IMG/VR virus record: IMGVR_UViG_3300022696_000117
Coordinates: 18,156 to 82,155 of that record
DNA from: a virus
Length of the DNA: 64,000 nucleotides
Reading direction: 5' to 3' (one strand)
Shown here: positions 28,117 through 38,800 of the stretch, one piece after another
Position numbering within the stretch: the first letter of the stretch is position 1
Layout: the number at the start of each line of letters is the position of its first letter
Program-made: the position numbers and the translations under genes
The notes under the pieces: model-generated
The model's database searches: none
Told to the model about the DNA's origin: nothing
The model's input: the letters and a program-made list of their open reading frames with translations, nothing else

Positions 28117-28620
28117 CTATTGCTCCATTACCCAACAAAGCACTGATATGGGCTCTCCGCTGCCGGGCGCAGTCACCGATCCCCGTATAAACTTGGCCCT
28201 GTAGGTAACCTCGGCAATCCCGAAGCCCTTTTTGGAGCATCTTACATTCTCTCCGTCTGGGCTTGGGCTCAGTGACCCGAGCCCAGACCCTACCCACTTG
28301 TAACTGAACGAGTCGGATATCGGCTTGCTGACACTTGCAGAGCGCGAGTTTGAAAACGTGATTCTCTCCTTGACCGTCATGGTGCCTGTCCCTCCGGAGC
28401 TGGCGCCGCCAATGTTGCTTTCCATCCTGGTTATGGAGAGGTTGGCCGGCTTTACGAAGATCCTGATGTGGGCGGCCGTTCCGAACGGAAACTGAGTTCT
28501 GCCCTCGTTTGCCTCGTCGTCCAGCTCCATGGATATAGATGGCGAGCTGTCGCTTGACTCTTCGCCTTCTTCCAGACCGAACGACACCTCTAATGTCGCG
28601 TGTGCTTTTTCTTCAGCCAT
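28117..28620 (-). CDS. Tail protein, single-copy paralog of the downstream repeat
   Basis: ATLEVSFG...ELDDEAN...FPFG..AHIRIF resembles the N-terminus of 26749-28116. Confidence 0.65.
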   Translation of the reverse strand: MAEEKAHATLEVSFGLEEGEESSDSSPSISMELDDEANEGRTQFPFGTAAHIRIFVKPANLSITRMESNIGGASSGGTGTMTVKERITFSNSRSASVSKPISDSFSYKWVGSGLGSLSPSPDGENVRCSKKGFGIAEVTYRAKFIRGSVTAPGSGEPISVLCWVMEQ

Positions 28621-28891
28621 CTATCTTTACCCTCCTGATAGTGCGAAATCCTGATAGCCCTGATATTCCGGTTATGACATAAAGCCCGGTGTTCGATTTT
28701 TCGAGAAAAACATTTGCGCCTATGGGAACCTTGCCTATCGTAGACGGGCATGTAAAAAACCGGTCTCCGATCTGGACCTTGTAGGATCGGCGCAAGGCAG
28801 CCTTCAAGACCGTCCCTGTTTGAGACGCTTGTGAAGACGCAGACGAAGGCGACAGGCTTTTTTGAAGAACGCTTATGAGAGAGAAAGACAT
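28613..28891 (-). CDS. Small tail protein, OB-fold-like
   Basis: TGTVLK...YKVQIG...GANVFL. Confidence 0.5.
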   Translation of the reverse strand: MSFSLISVLQKSLSPSSASSQASQTGTVLKAALRRSYKVQIGDRFFTCPSTIGKVPIGANVFLEKSNTGLYVITGISGLSGFRTIRRVKIDG

Positions 28892-31005
28892 TTTATGACC
28901 TCAGCGTCGTCCCAGATGGCCGGTCCCTCCATTCTTATTGTGACCCTTCTCACCTTATTGTTCCCGACACATTCCACGTTTTCGTTTTGGATGAAAGCCG
29001 TGCTTCCATCCACGCAATCATCATGATGCGGGGCTGCGAAAGATGTCAACTCCGTATCATAAATTATGGCATCCAGCTCTGCCGTGCCTCTTTCCACACA
29101 GGCTGCCTCGGTCGTCAGCGCGTTGTCGGAAACTGGCGGAGCAGACTTATCTCCTGCTCCGATCTCTACGATCACCGCCACCGATGCGGGGTTGTAATAG
29201 CTGAACACAGCCAGCAGGTGCTCTATCCTGTGCCGGACAATCTGATATCTGCGATATGTGGACTCATATTTGATTTTGGCGACAGCCCACAAGCCGTCGC
29301 TCAACACGATGTCTTTGGTATGCGGGGTCCATTTATATTCTCCTGACCCCGGCATTTTTCCGATCCATGCGAACTTCAGTATCTTGGTGATGGGGTGGCT
29401 TACAGAAGCTTTGCCCTCGGTGAAGGTGATCAGCTCTCTGTCTTCTACCGGCTCATCGTCATCATCATCGTCTTCCTTTTTCTCTACGATAGGAAATACA
29501 TGAGAATGTTCACCGAGATCGATTATTTCACCGGCTGTGAGATATGTTTCCAGCGGCTTCGGCGGTTCGTTTCCGGGCCAATACGCCCTGACGTGTACCG
29601 TTTGTCCGATTATCGGCGAGCTTTCCTCCACCTCCAATGTCGGAGATTCAGAGGTGTCGCTTCCGACTCCGGATACCATGATCGCATTGTAGTCCTCTCC
29701 GTATCGTATTTCAGGCCCGGAAATGCTTACCAGACGGGTCCGGTCATACGACACATCCGGCTTTTGCTTTTGCATGTAGACCGGCCGGGTCGGCCATTCT
29801 TTCCTGATTACGATTTCCTCTCCGGGCCCGCTTCTCACGATGGCTCTCAGCTTTCCGGCGATAGTCTGTAAGCAGGTGATGGGATCTGCATCGAACTCGA
29901 AGCCGGCCGGCAGGGGCCAATCGGCGATCTCCCATACTATCCTTCCGTGCGGCAGAAGGGTTTCAGCTACCTCTTTGGCGCTGGCAGGCTCTTCCAGGAC
30001 CGGCGCTGACCAATCCTCTGTCAGATACTCCGGTTCGTTCCTGGCGGACAGGCTGAGGCACGACAGCGAAAACTGGTGCTCCCCGCTCGGCTTTCTGGCG
30101 TCGATTATGAACTTGTATATCTTGGTTCCGATGTGGACCTCGACCCGACATTCTCCACGATGTTTTTTCGGATTAACGGCATAAAACAGCTCCCTGTCCG
30201 AGGACGACAGCTCCAGGGTGTTGTGGACGCTGCTTTCGTCGAGAGAGATAGACGAGGAGGTGATCCTGTGGTTCACCGGCATGCCGTCGATGTAGATGAT
30301 GTATTTCGTGGTAATCGGTATCGGTGTGCCGCCGCTTCCGCCAGGCACCGGCATGACGGTTCCGGGCCGGCCGGGCGGGGTTGCGATTTCTACCGAAGGC
30401 CGAATGGTCTTCGGCCTCCCGAGCCTGTCGATAGACAGAAGCTGTGAATAGAAGACATCTTTCTCGTGGAATCGCTCAAGCGCATCAAGCATGCTCGCTC
30501 GTTCACCCGGAGACAGTTTTTCGTCGAGCACGATAGATGTCCTGAACACTCTGTTCAGGATCTCGGAAATTTCGACCGTGGAGACGTAGGTCCGATTCAT
30601 CCGGTCTTCCAGCTCGATTATGTCAGGGTTCCGTTCGAAGGTTTCGGACAGCGTCAACATGGTTGATGACTGAACCCCACGAGACAGGGTGTCGCAAACG
30701 AGCAGCGCTTCAGTGAAGACATGGGCCAGTTTTTCCAGGAAAACAGTGTCTGAGGAGCCGCCGGACATTTTATCCGAAAGCATGAGGCCCGAACTCGACG
30801 GAACCCCCCTCGACAACCTTTCCAGCAGGTTCAGGCCTGTGGCCCAGACTGCCCCTGAAAGTTTTTCTAGGCAGGCCAGGTCTTTCGGGTTTTGCTCAAA
30901 GCAATCAGACAGGTCGAAGCCGGAAGATACCGACATCCTGTCGGACAGAACGACCTCGCTGTAAAACTCGTCTCCGGAGCTTCCGAGAAGGAGGAGGAGC
31001 GTCAT
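28873..31005 (-). CDS. Baseplate hub/Tal-like tail protein
   Basis: Position after TMP; central hub-like region (ITSSSISLDESS...YNAIMVSG); N-terminal short repeats. Confidence 0.6.
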   Translation of the reverse strand: MTLLLLLGSSGDEFYSEVVLSDRMSVSSGFDLSDCFEQNPKDLACLEKLSGAVWATGLNLLERLSRGVPSSSGLMLSDKMSGGSSDTVFLEKLAHVFTEALLVCDTLSRGVQSSTMLTLSETFERNPDIIELEDRMNRTYVSTVEISEILNRVFRTSIVLDEKLSPGERASMLDALERFHEKDVFYSQLLSIDRLGRPKTIRPSVEIATPPGRPGTVMPVPGGSGGTPIPITTKYIIYIDGMPVNHRITSSSISLDESSVHNTLELSSSDRELFYAVNPKKHRGECRVEVHIGTKIYKFIIDARKPSGEHQFSLSCLSLSARNEPEYLTEDWSAPVLEEPASAKEVAETLLPHGRIVWEIADWPLPAGFEFDADPITCLQTIAGKLRAIVRSGPGEEIVIRKEWPTRPVYMQKQKPDVSYDRTRLVSISGPEIRYGEDYNAIMVSGVGSDTSESPTLEVEESSPIIGQTVHVRAYWPGNEPPKPLETYLTAGEIIDLGEHSHVFPIVEKKEDDDDDDEPVEDRELITFTEGKASVSHPITKILKFAWIGKMPGSGEYKWTPHTKDIVLSDGLWAVAKIKYESTYRRYQIVRHRIEHLLAVFSYYNPASVAVIVEIGAGDKSAPPVSDNALTTEAACVERGTAELDAIIYDTELTSFAAPHHDDCVDGSTAFIQNENVECVGNNKVRRVTIRMEGPAIWDDAEVIKCLSLS

Positions 31006-32447
31006 TATTCGTTGGTCACCCGAATCGGGGTGATATTGTTTTCTTCAGACTCGGTTCCGGCAGGAACGATCTGTCTGACCCAGATATACATGGCCCCGAG
31101 GTGGGTGCTGAATTGAAGCTTGTCTCCGGCAGTCGGAGACCCGATCCACCCGAGGTGGTCGACGGTGAATAGAGGCTCACCGGAAGCTGGATTGACAGGG
31201 GCGCAATCAGACGAGACGTTAAAAGTCCCAAGCGATCCGCCATTCACTCCGGTCACTTGAAACGTGGAGGAGGAAGAGAACGTCAGCTCATAAGCGTCCT
31301 CTTCCACGCCGTCGTTCACAAGCTCAATCGGGTAGCTCGTCTCGTCATATATTCCGCCGGCGGAGGTGTCGTTAAATCCGTCGTAGCTCGCCACCAGATC
31401 ACCGCCCTGGAGGGCTCCGGAGGCGTATGTGTTCGTTGCGCTGAAAGCTGTCGCTACCTGGCCGTCCAGGTCGATCGTGCAGATATTCCCGGAATAGGAC
31501 CAACATTTGTCCCAATAGGTGATGGTTATGTCGGTGCCGTTGTCAGGGGCGGATACCCATGTCGGCTGAGTGGTCCAGGCCCCGGTCGCCGGGTTTATCT
31601 GGCCACCGGTGCAGTGGCCCTCGCAGTTCCCGTCTGAATCGAAGGTGATGGTCTGGCTCACGCCTGAGCAGGTGGCGGTGATCGTAGGCATAAAGTCCGA
31701 CTTGATCAGAAGACCGTTGGTAATGCCGGACAAGGCCGAGAGCGTCGGCTGAACCGCACCGGTCCCGGTTCCGATTGATTCGTCTGTGGTTTTGTTTTCC
31801 GGCAGGGGAATTTTCTGTTCGTTGGAAACGCCGGTCTCGTATGTCATTACCAAGTCGTTTCCCAAATAGCGCCCTTTTGGGTAAACCAGGTCCGAAGAAT
31901 AGGTGGCCTTGGACCATGTGCCGTCAGCGTATGAGACCGAATCTCCGACCTTCACGTCAGAAGCCAAGGTCTGGCCGGCTTTGAACTGATCAGACAGGTA
32001 GAGGTATCCACCAGGTACGAACTCCGCTTCGTCGCCCTCCATCTCAAGCTCAAGCTGAGACTCTCCTCCGGACAGAGATGAGTTGAGTTTGCCTGCGCCG
32101 ACCCACAGCTTCAGGTCTGCGCTCAACTCTGACTGAACATCTGTTTCTGTCCCGAGGGCCATCGTTTTTCTGTCTCCGCCATTGGTTGGAGACATAAAAA
32201 AGGCCATGGCGTTCAGCGCGGTTTCCGGGGGCGATCCGGACTTTTCGTTCTTGGCGCCGAACTTCCTGTAGACCGGCTCCTTCGGGCCACCCGGGTATCT
32301 GCCGGCCAGAAGATCCATCGCCGAAACATAGTCGAACAGGTTCAGCTGCGCTCCGGAGATGATCGGAACCCGCCCGATCCGACCGCCGTTTGCCGCGGTA
32401 TCGGTGTTGTTGACTGCCTTATAAAAAACCAACGACTCAACGCTCAT
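31005..32447 (-). CDS. Minor tail protein
   Basis: NGGRIG...NLFDYVS...YRK...IWVRQIVPAGT; post-TMP position. Confidence 0.65.
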   Translation of the reverse strand: MSVESLVFYKAVNNTDTAANGGRIGRVPIISGAQLNLFDYVSAMDLLAGRYPGGPKEPVYRKFGAKNEKSGSPPETALNAMAFFMSPTNGGDRKTMALGTETDVQSELSADLKLWVGAGKLNSSLSGGESQLELEMEGDEAEFVPGGYLYLSDQFKAGQTLASDVKVGDSVSYADGTWSKATYSSDLVYPKGRYLGNDLVMTYETGVSNEQKIPLPENKTTDESIGTGTGAVQPTLSALSGITNGLLIKSDFMPTITATCSGVSQTITFDSDGNCEGHCTGGQINPATGAWTTQPTWVSAPDNGTDITITYWDKCWSYSGNICTIDLDGQVATAFSATNTYASGALQGGDLVASYDGFNDTSAGGIYDETSYPIELVNDGVEEDAYELTFSSSSTFQVTGVNGGSLGTFNVSSDCAPVNPASGEPLFTVDHLGWIGSPTAGDKLQFSTHLGAMYIWVRQIVPAGTESEENNITPIRVTNE

Positions 32448-32457
32448 GATATGCTCC

Positions 32458-32862
32458 TTAAAGTTCCATGATTTTAATCGTCAAACTGTGGAATCTGTCA
32501 TTTTCCTCGAAAACGGGCTTGTTCATGTGGATCGGGACGGCTGAAATCACCGGTGGGTCTTCATGCGGAAACCTGAACTTGATTTTTGCTCCATGGTGGT
32601 TCCAAACGTACTGTGCGTCAGGCACCTGGGTAAGGGCGTGAAGATCGGCCAGGTCTTTGAAAAGGATGGTGGCTGTTGTTTGAGTCCCGGCGAACACCCT
32701 TATCGGATTGTAATCCGGGCCCTCGAATAGAATTATGTTTCTGGCCAGCGCCCGCTCGACCACCGAGAATACCCCGGTGAATGCCAGCGGCTCCTGCTCT
32801 ACAAGCTCGCTCGGCAATAGCACCAGACGCTCGGTCTCGTTAATATCCCATAGCGAAATCAT
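32458..32862 (-). CDS. Distal-tail-like protein
   Basis: 134-aa ORF directly after the TMP. Confidence 0.55.
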   Translation of the reverse strand: MISLWDINETERLVLLPSELVEQEPLAFTGVFSVVERALARNIILFEGPDYNPIRVFAGTQTTATILFKDLADLHALTQVPDAQYVWNHHGAKIKFRFPHEDPPVISAVPIHMNKPVFEENDRFHSLTIKIMEL

Positions 32863-35800
32863 TCGGTCTCCGTCGTTTTTCCATTCTGATTTGCTCCTTG
32901 AACTGTTCTATCTGGTCTACTCTGTCGTAAACCTGAACTGTGGTATTGCCAAGAGTTAAATCCATTTTCCCCATATTTGTTGCTTCCTGAGCCGGACGAA
33001 CGGCCCCACCGGTTGCGAAATGCTGAACGACCTGCTGTGTGAACTGAGGAACCATCTTCGGGACCGATATCTTGGGCATGACAGGTTTCACCGGCCCACC
33101 GAGGCTGAACTTCTGCACGAAAGAGCTCATGATGTCCTTTGCGTCGGACTTGGATCTGGATCGGAGCCAATTGAAGAAGCCGTGGCCGCCGAAGTTCTGC
33201 ACGGTCGGCACGTCGATGACATGCTCGTTCGGTGTCAGCATGGCCGGTACGGTGTCTCCGGTTCCGGACCCGGGCACCCGGCCGCCGGTTGCGTATTTCA
33301 GGGGGGTGTCGCCCATCTTGCTGGTGATGTCCTTGGCCATCTTGGCAAGTTTTTTGAGCTTGCCTTCTGCTTCGGTGGTGTCCAGCTCGAATTTGGTTCC
33401 GGACTCAAGCTTATCCATGAACTCACCGGCCTTCTCCCTCGCCCTGTCGAGACCGGCATTGACTTCTTGTTCCAGCCGCTTCCCGATCGCTTCCAGCCGA
33501 CCGTCGGTTACGGCCAGGGTCTTCTGGAGGGTGGCTGTGTGTTCCTCGGTTTTGGCCTGTGCTCTCTCCAGAACCTTAATCCGGCCTTCCTCTTCGGATT
33601 TAAGCGTGGAGAACATTTTCTTGACCGCTTCGGTGGATCTGGACCTTGCCCTCTCTGCGGAGATGATGACCTTTTCTTCGTCCTTGATCTCTCCCGTCAT
33701 ACCCTTGGCGGCGTTCATCGCCTCCTTGATGAGCTTGATCTTTTCTTCGTACCGATCGTTGCCCATCGCAACCGCTTTGTTGTATTTCTCGTTGATCTCA
33801 GCCCACTTGTCCTCGTAGGCTGCCTGTTCCGACATCCCTTCGCGTTTTTGGTCGCGGAGCCATTCTTCAACCGATTTCTGTTCTTCGGCCAGGCCCCTGC
33901 GAATATCGAGGATCTCGTTTGCGACATCCTTTTCCATCTGAAGGGACGCTTCAAGCTCAGACTTCAGGGCCTGCCTGGCTTCTTCGTAATGCTTCTTCTT
34001 GGCTCTAAGCACCTGCTCGTCGATGTCCTTGACTTCCTCGGCGTATTGTTTTTCAGCCTTGGTCATCTCCTTGGCCACATCGACGACGATCTTCTTTTTC
34101 TTTTCGGCGCCCTGGACCCGGTTCTGGGCGTCTGACTCGTAGAGGCGCTTCTTGGCCTCGTTGGCCTCCTTTTCGAGCGTCTCCATATCGATGTAGAATC
34201 TTTTGGTGCCTGCCAGAACATCCTGGTTGTGCTTGTCGATCAGGCCCTCGTTCATCGACCAGAATTTGTGGCGCTCGATGGCGTATTCGAGATCCAGGCG
34301 TTCCTGGTCGGTGATGGCCTCGGCTGTCGCCGCGGTCTCCTTGTTCAGGGCATCTTTTTTGATCCCGAGCGACCTGGCCGCGGCGTCCTTTTCCTTGGCC
34401 GCATAGTCGTCCAAGGCCGTGGCAGCAAGCCCGAGGGATTCTCTGATGGCGCTGACCCGCTCCTGGGCCATTTTCAGGTTTATGGCTCTGATCTTGTCTT
34501 CAATGGTCTGCACCTGGCTGACATCAGGAACGATGCCGTAATATTGCGCCAGGGCCGCATTCTGTTTTTTGGCGGCGTCTATTTCTTCGCCTGACAACTT
34601 GGAATAATCACCAATGGATTCTTTGAGAGAGGCCAGGAACAGCTCCTTACCCCTGGCGTATTTTTCTTCGGTGCTGAGGGTGCCGAGATAAACCCTGACT
34701 TTTTCTGCATGGGCCTCCTTTGCGATCCGGATCTCTTCTTCCGACATCTCCGAGAGAACCCCGATAGATTCGTTCAGGGCCTTGTAGAGCGGGCTGTTTT
34801 TCGGAGAGAAGCCTGAGATCTCTTTCTTGAGGAAGGTGCTTTCAGCCTCGACCTTGAGCCGTTCAAGTTCGGTGATTTCATTCTGGTAGGCTTCGATCTT
34901 CTTGGAGGATTCCTCCTGGATTCGCTTGGTCTTGGCCGCGATGTCGTCCAGGACATTCTGGATGGATGCCTGGCGGGTAACCTTCATTTCGTCTTCGGCG
35001 ATCTTTTTAAAAGCCTCAAACCTTTCACGCCAAATCGACTGAACCGTAGCAGAAATCTCTTCTTCGGTGTGTTTCATCGACTTGGCCTTGTTCTGATAGG
35101 CAATCGCTTCAGACTTGGTGTCAGCGAAGAACTTTTCGAAAGAGATTTTCCTTCTTGAATCCAGTTTTCCGTAAAACTCCTCGAATTCGTTGTACGTGCT
35201 TTTTAGAACCCTATGGTCTCTGCTTCCGGTTTTGCTCCAGTCGAACAGTTTTTCGAAGAGAGATTTTTTAGGCATTGCGTCGTTTACTTTTTGGGTGCCC
35301 TCCTTCACGATGCCCAAAAACTCCAGGATGGTCTGCCAGAAAGACTTCTTCGCAGGCTCTCCGTCTTCACCAACGAAAGAGGTGACTATCCGTGGCCTCA
35401 AAGCGTTCGCTTCTCTTTCGAATTCTCTGGTGAGGCCGGTCATTTCTTCGGTTTTTTCTGACAGATCAGTTTCGCTCGACCCCCTGCCTCTGAACCAGAC
35501 AACGGCTTTTGCAACCAGGCCTTTGCTGATCGTCTCCATCGCCCGCTTCATTCTGACTGCAACACTGTCGACCACGTTGTCATCGAGCATCGCTTCAAGC
35601 GGGTTGATGTCCTTGATGGTCCGCTCCACCTCTTCAAGGGAGGTTTCAGTCTCGGATTTTATTCTGTTGAAGAACCCGGATACCAACCCAAGTCCTGGAA
35701 TCTGGTCTGTTATCCAGGCCATGGCCTCCGCAAAGGACTTCTTTACGTCAAGCAGAAAGGCATGGATGTAGCCATATGCTTTCATGGTGTAGTCGTTCAC

Positions 35801-38800
35801 CTTCATCGGCAAAGTGCCGAATAGGTCCATGTCGCCTATGATTCTGCCGAGATCCCAACCGATGAAGAAAGCCTGAACCGCAGCCATCACCATATTAAAC
35901 TTGGATGCCACGGTAGCCGCTGCGCCCGCTATCTTTGCCAGGCCGGTACTCAGACCTGGGACCTTCGCAACCATGGCAGTAAATGCCTTGGCGGCCGAGG
36001 ACCCGTGCGTAGACAGTTTGGCGAATGCGGTTCTGCCTATTTCGGAGAGGCCGGTAATGGCTTTTCGTGCCAGGTCCGCAGAAGAAGCCATTACCTTGAA
36101 CGGTCTTTGTGCGAATTTGAAATACTCTTGCAGCCCCTTTATTCCAAGCTTGATGCCGGCCACCACGCTTTTGTTCTTATCCATGAAGTCGACAAAAGCA
36201 GCGGAGATCCCGTTTTTAGCGTCAGAGGCAATCTTGGCTGGGGCTGTGAGCGCATCAGTCAGGGCCGTTTTCACCTTCTCAGCGGCGATTTCCGCCTTGT
36301 CGGATATGCTTGTCTTTAAATCGAATCCGAGCGTGAAGACTTTCCCGACATTGGCCATCATGCCGATAGATTTTTTGGTCCAGGCTTCAAAAATTGAACT
36401 CATGGCGCCGAGGGCATCGGCCCATTTCGGGGAGAAGTAACCAACCGTGTTGTCTATTACGGCCCTGAACGAGTCACCTATGGTAGAAACAAAGCCAAGC
36501 GCAATGCCTTCCGCCTCGTCGAGCTTTTTGTTCAGGCCTACAAGGAAGTCCTCTCCGTCCTGGCCCACCAAAGAGATGATGTATCTTGCGCCCATGTGAT
36601 AGGCGTCTTCTGCAAGCTGTCGAAGCTCTTTCCCGGTGTTCAGGATTTTGTCGATCAGCGGCTCACCATTGTCTGCAATGAACCGCATCGTGAAATTGGT
36701 GTTCAGCTTCGATAGAGACGCCTTGAATTTTTCAGAGAAGAACAGGAACTCGTCCAGCCTGTCTTCAGGGGTCTTTTCGCCCTCATCAGTCACGAGGTTT
36801 ACGACGAAATTCGGAGAGTGTTTCTTGACCGAATCTGAAAACTCTTCGAGCTTGGCTTCGGTGGCGTCTATAGCGTCGCCCACAGGCTTTCCTGCGCCGT
36901 CCGTGAAGAAGGTCTTGACCTTTTCTGCGTTCTTGTCTGCCTTCTTGAAGATGCCCCTTATAGAATGGACGACGTTTGAGGCGAAGGCAATTGGGTCGTC
37001 TCCGTCCTCCGTCTCTATACCGAGACGCATGATGGCGTTGATGTTGCCTACGCTCTTCGAAAAAGATGTCGCCTTCGAGATATTCTTCTTTACGCCATCC
37101 GTGAAGCTGTCGCCTTCGTCGGTCCCGAAGAAAATTGAAAGACCGGTCTTCAGACGGCCGGTCCAGGTGGAGAATTTGTTCAGGTTTTCCTTCAGCAGAT
37201 CAACCTGCTCAGAAACAGGAACACCTTCCGTGGTCCCGTCGCTTCCGGTAAAGGCTATCCTGAATAGAGCCGCCCCGGCCTTGGCTCGGTCCAGAAGACT
37301 GCCCTCGCCTCTGAATTGGGCATAGAGATTACTCAGCTCATCTCCGCCCTCTACCGAGATTTCGACCTTTTTTTCACCGGATAGGGCATCGGCTTTTTTG
37401 CCGAGAGTATCGAGTTCTTTAGACGCTTCCGCGACAGCCGGTCCCAGGTTGAAAAAACCTGATATTGCCTTGACGGCTCCGCTTCCTCCAATCTTGGAAA
37501 AGAATCCGGACGCCGACTCCGCAGCGGATGACAATCCATCTCTCAGCTTTTCTGCGGTCTCGTATGCCCCTATGAGGGCCTTCGGCATATCTATGCCGAA
37601 CTTTTCGCCTATCTTCTGTACGGTGATCAGCGCACCGCCGACCGAGTCGATCATATCGGCGGCTTGCTCTTCAACCGGCCGGCCGTCGTCTCCGAGGATT
37701 CCAAAGGTGAGCGTGGCCTTGAGGTCGTTCACCTTGGTCACCAAGGCTGTGGCGGCCATCAGCGCCTTCTTGGCCTCCTCCGGGATCGGCGCACCGGTCT
37801 TTGCAGCCACTACGCCGATCTTCAGCGCGGCCTTGGCTGCATTGATGGTGTTCTGCGTCTTTTCGACGTCGCCCATGACCGCTCTGAGTTTGTCTTCTAT
37901 GGGCATTTTTTGACCTTCGTCAGAAACGAAGACCTCGAAAGCGGTTTTCATGCCCGATATGGTGCCGGATGCCTCGGAAAATTTCCCCATCATTTTCTCG
38001 ATGGCGTCATCAAGGGGTATCCCAGTAGCGTCCGAAAATTCGGCGATGAAGGAAACAAGCAGGCCACCGATAAACTTGACGAGGGACATGAATTGGTCCT
38101 TGGCCCACGACAACCCCTCAGAAAGCGGCATGCCTCCGATCTTTATGTCTGCGGTCATTTCGGCAGTGGTTTTGTTGATATAGTCTGACAGGGCCTTGAA
38201 CTTACCCTTGACCCACTCTACTATCCCCCCGAATGAAATCCCTTCTTCCGTTTCGAACTTGGCTCTGAACTTTGTTATTGTTTCGTTTATTGAGTCGGAA
38301 AGGAGCTTCATCCTTTTTTTGATGTGCTCCATCTGCTCTTCAAGAGGTGCCCCGTCCTTGGTCCAGAATCTCACCGAGAAAACAGCGCCGAGAGTCCCGA
38401 TTACCTGCTTCAAGCCCTCGAACCCCTTCAGGGTTTCTGATATCCTTTGCGTAATCGGCTTCCCGTTTTCTGAGGAAAACTTTATCTTGAACTCGGACGC
38501 CTTTCCTTTCACATACTTTGATGCCTCTAAGATATTCTCTTTCACCCACTTCAAAGTAGACGAAAGCGGGTTTCCTTCTCCATCGGTGAACTTCGTAATA
38601 AAGCTGGTCACCACCCGCCCGACCCGGCGGGCCATCCCCATGATGCCGCCTTCCATATCCTTGATTTTTTCTGTGAGCGGCTTTACACTGTTGTTTTCGC
38701 CCATGAAGGAGACGGTGAAGGTGGAGACCAGGCCCTCAATCAGGCCTGCCAGGCCCTCTGCGGACTTGGCGACCTCTCCCATTTTTGCGGTGGTAGCCAG

